A stretch of 64,000 nucleotides of DNA. Source: a virus (lineage: Duplodnaviria > Caudoviricetes). The DNA lies in IMG/VR virus record IMGVR_UViG_3300014204_000124, positions 32,001-96,000 of that record; one strand, 5' to 3'. The notes below the pieces were generated by a model, which worked only from the letters and a program-made list of their open reading frames with translations, was not told the origin of the DNA and searched no databases. The position numbers were made by a program, and so were the translations under genes. Shown piece by piece: positions 27,399 through 35,589 of the stretch; positions within the stretch are counted from its first letter, which is position 1; every line of letters starts with the position of its first letter.

Positions 27399-27512
27399 GC
27401 GCAATCGATTGCGGGACCTTCCCGGACTGGAATTGGGATTGAAGAGTAGACGACAATCCGAAAACATCTTGCATAGGTAAAAAACGGCGGGTATCATGGG
27501 CCTAACTTAGGC
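27399..27512 (+). promoter_or_regulatory. LacI-type palindrome, promoter and 5' hairpin
   Basis: GCGCAATCGATTGCG at 27399-27413; TTGCAT-N17-TATCAT at 27469-27497; GCCTAACTTAGGC. Confidence 0.55.
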
Positions 27513-27523
27513 GAGGAGTTGGT

Positions 27524-27703
27524 ATGCCCGACCTAGAGAAGGACCAGGAATTGGTACTCAAGTTTGGGGGAACCGCTTCAGCGGGTTTCATGGTTATCGC
27601 TATTTCTACTTCGGCTTGGGAAATTGCCCGGAAGAAAGCGGAAGAGGAAGGGACGAAACCGAGCGATATTGTTTCAAGAGCATTGGTAGCTTACTGTTCG
27701 TAG
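27524..27703 (+). CDS. Small ribbon-helix-helix-like protein (59 aa, not in the ORF track)
   Basis: GAGGAG RBS; ...VIAISTSAWEIARKKAEEEGTKPSDIVSRALVAY. Confidence 0.55.
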   Translation: MPDLEKDQELVLKFGGTASAGFMVIAISTSAWEIARKKAEEEGTKPSDIVSRALVAYCS

Positions 27704-27712
27704 GAGGATACA

Positions 27713-28069
27713 ATGGGAAGATATTTGGAAGCATTGGGGTCTATTGTTATGGCAGAGGATAATCCTTGGCATACCGACACCGGGGAGTTCGGGCTGAACC
27801 CAAAGGGGCCAAGCACCTATTCCCTTTTCTTCAAAAAGAAGGGGGAGCCCAGGTACACTGCGTATCCGTCGAAGTCTGGTGAAAAGTACGCTAAGGCGTC
27901 GAAGATCAAGACGTTATGTGGCCGTTCCGGCCCCGCCCTATGTAAGGGCGGCGGAAAGTTTGCCAAGGCTGGCGAACGAGCTAAAGAAGCTGGAGCCGAG
28001 ACAGATAAGCGCGAGCGCAGAAAAGCCCCTGTGAGTGGGGGAGGTTTCAGAAAGGGTTCTGGTAACTAG
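27713..28069 (+). CDS. Basic putative head-associated protein
   Basis: AGGAGG RBS; short leader ending MAE|D, then NPWH..TGEF motif; K/R-rich. Confidence 0.5.
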   Translation: MGRYLEALGSIVMAEDNPWHTDTGEFGLNPKGPSTYSLFFKKKGEPRYTAYPSKSGEKYAKASKIKTLCGRSGPALCKGGGKFAKAGERAKEAGAETDKRERRKAPVSGGGFRKGSGN

Positions 28070-28120
28070 AGGCCGCAGTTTTCCTACGGTCTCATTCTAT
28101 AGACAGCGAGGAGGGTTCCC

Positions 28121-29443
28121 ATGAAAGTGACTTTGACTGCGGTAACTGCCTGTGAGTTGCCGAAACCGTTCGGGGGGAAATTAGCCGTTGGTGAGTCCAC
28201 GCCTGCGACAAACATCCGGTTTAAGGATGTATTATCGGATGACTGGTTGGGGATTGTACGTCTTCGACAGCAGGGCATAGTGACGATGACGGTACAGGTT
28301 GATGCAGTCCCTGTATTTGACGACGAGTGGTTCATTGCCGAGATGGGCAAGGTTCGCGATAATGCTGCTGCTCCTGTGACCACTCTGGCTGCTCTGCGGG
28401 CCGTCCCGCAGAGTTTGCGAACGGATCGCCAACTCCGGTTGGTTGAGTCCGAGAACACGCTGTACAGGTTTGACCTGGGCACGCTGGTTGGTGGAGAAGC
28501 ACCGGATGACGAGGTAGATGGCAATTGGTTCAATCTTGGAACTGTGGCTGCTGTTTGGGGCGTTGTTGGTGAGTTGATTGCTATGGGGCCGGATGTTGCC
28601 GCTGGTGCTGGCGTTGTTTCCAAGATGGCTAGAATAGACCATACCCATGCCGTGAACACTGCGTTGGTTGCTGCCATCACCGATGTAGCACCGGATGCTG
28701 TAGCTGCTGCTGGCGTGGCGAACAGTTATGCTCGTGGCGACCACGCCCATGGTATCGCTACGTCGGTCACGGCATCGACGCAGGCTCCTGGCGATGTTGC
28801 TGCTGCTGGTGTTGCTGCGGACGTAAGCCGTGGCGACCATGTTCATGCCATGACTACTGGTCTGGTTGGTGAACTTGCTGCATTAGGGCCGGATGTTGCG
28901 GCTGGTGTGGGTGCTGTAGCCAAGTTTGCTGAGATTGCTCATACGCACGCCGTGAACACCGCTCTTGTCGGCGCTGTGGCGGATGTTGCTGCTGTAGCTG
29001 CTGCTGGCGTGGCGAACAGTTTCGCTCGTGGCGACCACGCCCATGCCATTGGTGCTGGCGTGGTGAAATCGGCGGATCTGGCTGTACAGGCGGCTGTAAC
29101 CGGTGGTATTCCGTTTGTTGTGGTGTTTACGCTTGCTGGTGGTGGTGCTGCCGAGGGTATGTTATGGAACGCCAATTGCCCCATGAAACTCCGTTTCATG
29201 GATGTTGGAATAATGGCAACCGTCGGAAGTGTGGGTGGCACTGTGACGCTGTATGATGACGACCCTTCGGGTGCCGGTGTCCCGCTGACAGATGCCATAG
29301 CCATGGATACTGACAAGGCGGTTACGCGCCTTGGTTCGGTTGAAGGCGACCCCACTGTTCTTGCTGGCGGGTCTCTGTGGTACAAGAAGAACGCTGCTGC
29401 CGATGGTGGCCACGTTACTCTTACGTGTGTTGCTGTGGCATAA
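28121..29443 (+). CDS. Ala/Val-rich fibre-like virion protein with HxH repeats
   Basis: Five [DA]H.H motifs (DHTH, DHAH, DHVH, AHTH, DHAH); ~60-aa internal duplication. Confidence 0.6.
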   Translation: MKVTLTAVTACELPKPFGGKLAVGESTPATNIRFKDVLSDDWLGIVRLRQQGIVTMTVQVDAVPVFDDEWFIAEMGKVRDNAAAPVTTLAALRAVPQSLRTDRQLRLVESENTLYRFDLGTLVGGEAPDDEVDGNWFNLGTVAAVWGVVGELIAMGPDVAAGAGVVSKMARIDHTHAVNTALVAAITDVAPDAVAAAGVANSYARGDHAHGIATSVTASTQAPGDVAAAGVAADVSRGDHVHAMTTGLVGELAALGPDVAAGVGAVAKFAEIAHTHAVNTALVGAVADVAAVAAAGVANSFARGDHAHAIGAGVVKSADLAVQAAVTGGIPFVVVFTLAGGGAAEGMLWNANCPMKLRFMDVGIMATVGSVGGTVTLYDDDPSGAGVPLTDAIAMDTDKAVTRLGSVEGDPTVLAGGSLWYKKNAAADGGHVTLTCVAVA

Positions 29444-29449
29444 TCGGAG

Positions 29450-29773
29450 GTGCCGGTGACCTACCTTAATCTACTGAAGAGGGTAGCGGTGCGGGGGTTG
29501 ATGGAAGGTCGGCTTTCCCCCCGTACCGGTCTCACTGGTAAGAGTCCGGTTTCTGTTTTGCTTTTGCTTACGTCATTAGCATCGGCCCCGGAAGAGTTTA
29601 GTGTTGATGTAGCTGCGAAGGACATTCTTTCGAAGTTTAGAGTCAGCAAGAAGACGCGTGGATTGGTGAACAAGAAAGCCGAGAAAGAACGTGATGTAAC
29701 TGCGGCGTCGAGAATGGCAATGATGGGCGGGGGAATGGGAGGACAATATCCTGAGCCTGAGCCCGAAGAATAG
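29450..29773 (+). CDS. Hypothetical protein
   Basis: GGAGG next to a GTG start. Confidence 0.55.
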   Translation: MPVTYLNLLKRVAVRGLMEGRLSPRTGLTGKSPVSVLLLLTSLASAPEEFSVDVAAKDILSKFRVSKKTRGLVNKKAEKERDVTAASRMAMMGGGMGGQYPEPEPEE

Positions 29774-29785
29774 AGGAGGTGACAT

Positions 29786-30193
29786 ATGCGTTGGATAGTT
29801 GTGCTGGTTATTTTGTTGTTTGCGAGTGGGTGCGATTCTGGAGAGGTTTGGGGCACTGTCCTGGAGAATCTTTTACCTATAGTAACGGCGGTGCTTTTGC
29901 CGGTGCTGCTAGTTCTAGTTCGTAAGTTTCTCTTGTGGCTAGAGGTCAAGCTAGATTTCGACATGAACGAGGCTATTGAGCTGAAGATTCTCTCATTGAT
30001 TGAAGAGGGGATTCTTTATGCTGAGGAGCAGGCGTTGAAGGCTTTGAAGGATGGGAAGAAGTTGGGGTCAGACGACAAACTACGTCTAGCTATTGAATAC
30101 GTAGTAGAGCGTTGTAGAGATCTTGGTTTACCAGAGTTGGCAAGGGACAAATTAGTTAAGTTGGTCGAGTCTAAGGTCGGTGTAACCAGATAG
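29786..30193 (+). CDS. Holin, LL-H-like
   Basis: TM helices, then I.YAEEQ...K.G.DKL..A pattern. Confidence 0.6.
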   Translation: MRWIVVLVILLFASGCDSGEVWGTVLENLLPIVTAVLLPVLLVLVRKFLLWLEVKLDFDMNEAIELKILSLIEEGILYAEEQALKALKDGKKLGSDDKLRLAIEYVVERCRDLGLPELARDKLVKLVESKVGVTR

Positions 30194-30201
30194 GTGTATC
30201 G

Positions 30202-30492
30202 ATGGCGAGTGTATGGGAATGGCTAAAGAAGTGGGGTTGGGTTGTGATATCACTCGCTGTTGTAGTGATAGGTTTTCTGTTTCTAGGGAGGCGTGTTGGG
30301 GCTCAGTTTTGGGATGGTTTGAGTAATCGTTTGGCGGAGAAGATCCTGGATGCAGATGCTAGATATGTGGAGGCCCGGACGAGGGCCAAGGTTGTTACTG
30401 AAATTGAGCGGGCCAAGATAGAGTCGTTATCGCAGATTCCAGATCCCAGGGAGCGTCGGGACAAGATTGCCGAGATGCTGAAGGATCTGTAG
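30202..30492 (+). CDS. Membrane-anchored coiled-coil protein, i-spanin-like
   Basis: N-terminal TM and helical domain directly after the holin. Confidence 0.45.
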   Translation: MASVWEWLKKWGWVVISLAVVVIGFLFLGRRVGAQFWDGLSNRLAEKILDADARYVEARTRAKVVTEIERAKIESLSQIPDPRERRDKIAEMLKDL

Positions 30493-30520
30493 CCTCATCT
30501 ACCATTGGGTAGAAGGAGAT

Positions 30521-30550
30521 CCGCCGTCCCTACGGGGTCGGTGAGTTTTT
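30521..30550 (+). terminator. Probable intrinsic terminator
   Basis: CCC-TACG-GGG hairpin with extended stem, then T-run. Confidence 0.45.
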
Positions 30551-30605
30551 GCCTTGAATTCAACGACAGAACGGTATACTATAATCGCAACAATGGAGGT
30601 GTATC

Positions 30606-30842
30606 TTGCGGAAGCGGTTCATGTTTTGCGAGGTGGCTGGCAAGTCAGTTTTGAAGGAAAAGTGCAAGGGGTGTTCGACATTTCCCAAGCTGAGTCCAGA
30701 GTTTGCTGCGTTTCGGGATTCGTGTCCTGTATGGCAGGAGATTTTGAGAGTAGCGAAGGAATCGAAGGCAGAGCGAATGTCAAGGGTTATAGAGAACCCA
30801 TTTACTCTGCCCACAGACGAAGACCCTGGTGTTGCATATTGA
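30606..30842 (+). CDS. Small Cys-rich protein
   Basis: GGAGG RBS before a TTG start. Confidence 0.55.
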   Translation: MRKRFMFCEVAGKSVLKEKCKGCSTFPKLSPEFAAFRDSCPVWQEILRVAKESKAERMSRVIENPFTLPTDEDPGVAY

Positions 30843-30859
30843 TATCTTGAATAGGTCTG

Positions 30860-31204
30860 ATGGTTCGGTTAGAGTGTGGCAGTCGGAGGTTTGTCATGGA
30901 AAGTCTGCTGCTGTTTCTGGAGAGTGTATTTGAGGTTGAGGTTCCGGCGGATGTAACGAGTATTGTGTTGGTGCGGAAGACAGGGAAGGCTCGTGGGGTT
31001 GTGAGACGGGGCGGTGACCGTGTTTACGAGGCGAAGGGTGGTGCATTCCAGGCGTTATTGAGGGAGTGTGTGGAGTGGAGCGGGGAGGGGGATGTTCCGG
31101 TTGTCGAGGTTGACGACGGGTTTGTGGAATATGCGTTTGTGTCCGGGGCTTGGCGGAAGGTTGTCGAGTCTGGGACGAGGCGTGTCGTATATGCAGGAGC
31201 GTAA
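30860..31204 (+). CDS. Hypothetical protein
   Basis: Packed ORF. Confidence 0.55.
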   Translation: MVRLECGSRRFVMESLLLFLESVFEVEVPADVTSIVLVRKTGKARGVVRRGGDRVYEAKGGAFQALLRECVEWSGEGDVPVVEVDDGFVEYAFVSGAWRKVVESGTRRVVYAGA

Positions 31205-31205
31205 C

Positions 31206-31787
31206 ATGGACGTTATCGATAGATTGAAGTCGTTGGTTGAGTCTGCCCAAGTCGATGTACCCGCTGCGCAGGGAAATACGTTTGGGGAGTCTGCTGGATG
31301 CGACGATACGGCGGATGCCATTGGTGGGGCAGAGCACTATCGGGTGACGTGTCCAGTGTGCGGGGGTGTGACGCAGTGCCGGTGCAATTATGCGCAGCAC
31401 GAGGGCGTTGAGGTATTCGAGGCTTCGGTGGTCTGCGAACGATGCAAGGCCAGCGTTGGGGAGTCGGTCGATGGGGCGCAATCGGTTGCAACTGAGATTT
31501 TGCGACAGCTTGGAGGCCAGAAACTCAGGGCAATGCTTGGCATGAAGGGTTATTTGGTGGTGGATGCTTCGGAAGGGTTCAGTGGCGGTGTGGACTTCAA
31601 GTTTCCTAACAAGACCAAGACGGCTCCGAACAGGGTGGAGATTCTGTTGGCAGACGACGACACCTATACGGTGCGGTTCTACCGGGATTCGAGGAAGTTG
31701 AAAGAACACGACGGGATTTACGCAGACGGTCTCATAGATGTATTCGAGTCAGAGACGGGGCTGTATCTGGCGCTTTCGAGGAGGTAA
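31206..31787 (+). CDS. Putative internal head cargo protein: Zn-finger module plus conserved phage domain (ILRQLGG...DTYTV.F...IY.D.L..VFE..TGL)
   Basis: MDVIDRLKSLVE|S; linkers FGE|S and VGE|S flank the CPVC..CRC..CERC module. Confidence 0.7.
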   Translation: MDVIDRLKSLVESAQVDVPAAQGNTFGESAGCDDTADAIGGAEHYRVTCPVCGGVTQCRCNYAQHEGVEVFEASVVCERCKASVGESVDGAQSVATEILRQLGGQKLRAMLGMKGYLVVDASEGFSGGVDFKFPNKTKTAPNRVEILLADDDTYTVRFYRDSRKLKEHDGIYADGLIDVFESETGLYLALSRR

Positions 31788-31788
31788 C

Positions 31789-32187
31789 ATGCGTACATGG
31801 GCACAGGTAGAGCAGGATATTTCAATCGAAGAAGCGAAAGCTCCGAAGCTCACCAATATGGCGACACTTATCACTGCGGGTCTGGACGAACTTATTTCCA
31901 GAGTGATCAATCAGTTGCCAGCGAGAGTGGTTGGTAAGGGCAGAATCCGGGCTTTTGTTGACGACGCGTTGAAGGTAGAAGCGGACGGCGAAGGGACATC
32001 TAAAGGCGACCTCCCCTTGAAGTGGTACATGGTTGCTTGGTGGACCCCGAATTCTGGGGATGGCCGGGTAACATGTTCTTTCACGGTCCCCGATCGTGGC
32101 ACAGTCGAGTTGAAGTATGACTTCGATTTGGACACGGATTTGGGCAAGGTCGTCGGGCAGGTCGTGTCGGGTCTAACATCGGTATGA
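31789..32187 (+). CDS. Putative cargo protein with divergent leader
   Basis: GAGGAGG RBS; MRTWAQVEQDISIEE|A; lies inside the cargo cluster. Confidence 0.5.
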   Translation: MRTWAQVEQDISIEEAKAPKLTNMATLITAGLDELISRVINQLPARVVGKGRIRAFVDDALKVEADGEGTSKGDLPLKWYMVAWWTPNSGDGRVTCSFTVPDRGTVELKYDFDLDTDLGKVVGQVVSGLTSV

Positions 32188-32195
32188 GGTAACGA

Positions 32196-32600
32196 ATGAA
32201 TACGATAGATAGGTTTGGCCTGTTGGTCGAGGGGACGTTGACTGAGGCCACGAAGTTGCCGTTGACGATGGATGAGTCGGTGGTGGCGACGATGACGGAG
32301 CTGTTGAAGGCGAGCATTGCTGCTTTGCCTGGGCCGTATCTGAAAAAAGAGATCAAGGTTAGCGAATACCGACCAAATGCGCGTATAGCTTTCGCAGCGG
32401 GCAAGACGACGACGAGGTCTGACATTGAGGCGGATGTGACGGTGTCCATAGGTTTTATTGGGCCGTACTCTTACTCAGCTACGGTTGAGGTAGACGGGAG
32501 CAAGCGTGAGTACGAGTTCAAGGGCAGCAAGCCTTTATCCGAGGTTTCGAGGACGATAACGGATATCATTGCCCAGATGACTGGGTGGACGGGGGCGTAA
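32196..32600 (+). CDS. Putative internal head cargo protein
   Basis: MNTIDRFGLLVE|GTLTE|A. Confidence 0.65.
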   Translation: MNTIDRFGLLVEGTLTEATKLPLTMDESVVATMTELLKASIAALPGPYLKKEIKVSEYRPNARIAFAAGKTTTRSDIEADVTVSIGFIGPYSYSATVEVDGSKREYEFKGSKPLSEVSRTITDIIAQMTGWTGA

Positions 32601-32601
32601 A

Positions 32602-33126
32602 ATGGGGACCATTGAACGATTGAGGGCGTTGGTTTCTGAGTCTTCGGGCGACTCGGTTTTTTCCAAGACGTGGTTGCAGAAGTCGGTGTATTTGCCGTTT
32701 GCCACCATGATAGCCAAATTGGTGCGTGCTAATCTGCAAGACTACCTGGGGAACAATACGGGGCTGAAGGTGGAGCGTGCGGTCGGCGGGGATGTTTATG
32801 TCCATGTGGAGTTCTTCGCTGAGAGCAATCATGGGTCGAAGGCTCATCCTTCGCTTCGCGGGTCTTCGACCTATAGGGCGATGCTGTTTTTCCATGGGCT
32901 GGATGAGGACAAGGCGGAAGTCAGGGCTGTCGGGTTGTCTATAGCGATGCCTCTCGTGAACGAGAAGGGACGTGTTGCTGCGATTGAGAAGTTGGAGGTA
33001 GAGTTAAAAGGGCAGAAGCTGACCAGCGAATGGTTCAACAAGGCGTTCAAGCCTTTGTTTCAGGAGCTTCGGGTGAAGGCAGCCGATTTGAGTTCGGATG
33101 ATACGGGGTGGGATTATGAGGACTAG
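32602..33126 (+). CDS. Putative internal head cargo protein
   Basis: MGTIERLRALVSE|S. Confidence 0.65.
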   Translation: MGTIERLRALVSESSGDSVFSKTWLQKSVYLPFATMIAKLVRANLQDYLGNNTGLKVERAVGGDVYVHVEFFAESNHGSKAHPSLRGSSTYRAMLFFHGLDEDKAEVRAVGLSIAMPLVNEKGRVAAIEKLEVELKGQKLTSEWFNKAFKPLFQELRVKAADLSSDDTGWDYED

Positions 33127-33532
33127 CGTATTGGCTTTGGCTCTGTTGTGTTCGTGTGCGACTTCGCAGGTGGCTCCTGTGTTGCCGAAGGTTGTAGTGG
33201 AGTCTATTCCTGTTCCCGGACCTATAGAGGACGGGGAGGATTGGGTTGCTTCATACGAGTCTTGCGACGACATTGACAAGCCTGGGATCATCATGGGTGC
33301 TGGGAAGGCATTGCGTTGCAAGTGGTACAAGGTCGAGTTCGAGCATTTTTCTGCTCTGTATTTAGCAGAGGCGAACATGCGTGCGGCGGAGCACGAGGCG
33401 ATTGAGTCGTACATGGCGGGTCTGGGTCGGGGGACGTGGTTTGAGGAGAACGAGTTTTGGATAGGTGGCACAGCTGGTGTGGTGTTTGGGGTCGGGTTGA
33501 CGGCTCTGATAGTCTACGCCCTTGGTCAATAA
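33116..33532 (+). CDS. Lipoprotein with C-terminal TM (u-spanin-like architecture)
   Basis: Lipobox LCSC; C-terminal FWIGGTAGVVFGVGLTALIVYALG. Confidence 0.55.
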   Translation: MRTSVLALALLCSCATSQVAPVLPKVVVESIPVPGPIEDGEDWVASYESCDDIDKPGIIMGAGKALRCKWYKVEFEHFSALYLAEANMRAAEHEAIESYMAGLGRGTWFEENEFWIGGTAGVVFGVGLTALIVYALGQ

Positions 33533-33541
33533 GGAGATATC

Positions 33542-34009
33542 ATGGATATGATTCAAAGATTTGCAAGGCTTCTTAGCGAAGAGAAAATTGTCATGAAATT
33601 CTATGGCAACTCTTTTCTGGCGAAGTATTCTTCGGAAAGGGGATACAAGCCATGGATGCAAGCCATTTCTGACATTGTTGCCAAACACTTCGGGAAGAAG
33701 GTAGTTATAGAAGACATATACGAGGGCCAGCCTGGGTATGATTTCTGTCGGTGGAACTTCGATATAAGAGGGGACGGAATACGTTTCTTCGGGTCGTTGG
33801 TTTTCAAAAAGAGTCCGGTAGACGATTTCGGGACTGTGTCTGTTGGTTTGAAACGCCTTGGGACTCCTGGAGTGGATGAAGATGTCTGGCTGTTCAGGGA
33901 CAAGGAATTCCCGTTGTCGAAGTGGGAAGACGAGTGGGACGTTGACAAGGCTGCTCTGGCCAAGGTCGAACAGTTGGTCCGTTCTTCTCTTAAGAAGCTC
34001 AAGGCTTGA
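33542..34009 (+). CDS. Putative internal head cargo protein
   Basis: TAAGGAG RBS; MDMIQRFARLLSE|E. Confidence 0.65.
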   Translation: MDMIQRFARLLSEEKIVMKFYGNSFLAKYSSERGYKPWMQAISDIVAKHFGKKVVIEDIYEGQPGYDFCRWNFDIRGDGIRFFGSLVFKKSPVDDFGTVSVGLKRLGTPGVDEDVWLFRDKEFPLSKWEDEWDVDKAALAKVEQLVRSSLKKLKA

Positions 34010-34025
34010 TCTAAAAGGAGATACA

Positions 34026-34526
34026 ATGGATACGATTAATAGGTTTCGAGGGATTCTGACAGAGGCTACTGAAGGGTCGGCGTTCGTGAAGAAGTGGTTG
34101 GGGAAAAGCCTGCGTATGAAGTACGAGGGCGAAGCGATGCAGTTGTTGGCTGATGGATTTGGCGACGGCGAAGTGAAGGCCGGGGATATTCGCAACTCTG
34201 TCGAGGGTCCGGGGCCAGCCAATTTGGGAGCTGACGGTGCTGAGCGAACGGTTACTTCCACGTATCGTTTTGAGAGCAAGGGATTGCGGGTCGAGGCCGT
34301 GTTCGAGTGGTTCGGAGCCGGGAACACTGAAGACCAAGATGATGCGGACCAGATTGGGTTTGACATTACACTTTCAACGGGTGGCAAGGTGCTGGACCGG
34401 GATGGGGCGCAAGTTCAGTTCAAGACTGGCAAGGAGCCTGGGGCGAAGTTCATAAGTGCGTTCAGTAAGGTCTACAACAAGATGGCGAAGGATTACCTAA
34501 AGACATCTCTTAGCAAAAAGGTGTAA
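34026..34526 (+). CDS. Putative internal head cargo protein
   Basis: AAGGAG RBS; MDTINRFRGILTE|A. Confidence 0.65.
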   Translation: MDTINRFRGILTEATEGSAFVKKWLGKSLRMKYEGEAMQLLADGFGDGEVKAGDIRNSVEGPGPANLGADGAERTVTSTYRFESKGLRVEAVFEWFGAGNTEDQDDADQIGFDITLSTGGKVLDRDGAQVQFKTGKEPGAKFISAFSKVYNKMAKDYLKTSLSKKV

Positions 34527-34548
34527 TCCACTTAGAGTGAGGTGCGGC

Positions 34549-35513
34549 ATGGATACCATAGGTCGGTTGAAGGTTCTGTTGGAAGGTTCTGATTTGGCTT
34601 CGGCCATGACCCGTTGGGCAGACTGGTGGGGCAAGCAGGGTCCGAAACTTCTCAAGGAATACCAGGACATGATGGATGGGATGGACATGCTCGTAGTGAG
34701 GTCGAAGTACATGCCCGCCGTGGTCAAGGGTGAAGAGGCGGAGGACAATCCGATGCCACGAAAGGTCCGTTGTATGATGGTGGAATTTCGTTTCGGTTCA
34801 AGGGGTCATCCAAGGCAGACTCTGTAAAAATCATGAAAAACACATGGCCATCGCAGGACAAGCTAGTTGTCTATGACATGTTCTTCATGAAGAAAGGCCG
34901 TGTGGTACGCTCATACACGGAGGTCGTCGCAGCAGCTCTTATACCCTATTTTACATCAGTAACCGGGTTGAAGATTGGTGGGCAAACAAGGCCATGGGGG
35001 GAGAGTCTTGGCTTTGACGTGGTAGAGGGAACGGTCTCCGACGAGTCCAGGAAGACTTTTGTCAAGTGGTTGCTCAAGACATTCCCTGACTACGAGAAGG
35101 TGGCGTTTGAGATTTTGACAAAGGAGCTTGGGGCGTTGGTTGCCGGTGGGTTCAAGCAGACGGACAGTACCAGGGACGAAAACGGGTTGGGGTTCGAGTA
35201 CGAATCTGTTGCCAAAACGAAAATAGGGAAGACTCCTGGGGCGGCCCCGGAAGACGACATGCTCATTCGGCACATCATAGGTGACACGCTGCCGACGTTT
35301 AGGCTGGAGTTGTATGGTGAACACGGCGACGACGCTGCCGGGCACACTCTGGGTTGGACGATGGACATGTATTCGAGGGGCAAGAACGTCGAAGAGGACG
35401 GGATAATTGAGTGGGATGAGGTTGCACCTACTCCCGAGCGATTCGGGAAAGCCTTTGCTATTACAGCCAAGAAGTTCGGGGATGCTGTACGCACCAAGCT
35501 GGCCAAAAAATAA
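34549..35513 (+). pseudogene. Two-domain cargo protein with a -1 frameshift near 34750 (possibly a sequencing error)
   Basis: MDTIGRLKVLLE|G; one extra C at 34750 joins ORFs 34537 and 34770 (EDNPDATKGPLYDGG); domain 1 resembles the C-terminal domain of 31206, domain 2 resembles 34026. Confidence 0.6.
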
Positions 35514-35527
35514 TCTATACGCCACGC

Positions 35528-35589
35528 TTGACATTTCCCCTCTCCCCGATTATGCTGTAAGGGTTCGTTACCGAACCGGAGGTTACAGT
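35528..35589 (+). promoter_or_regulatory. Repeated promoter element, copy 6 (variant)
   Basis: TTGACA-N17-TATGCTGTAAG; GGTTCG-TTAC-CGAACC; GGAGG; TTACAGT complementary to GCTGTAA. Confidence 0.8.
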
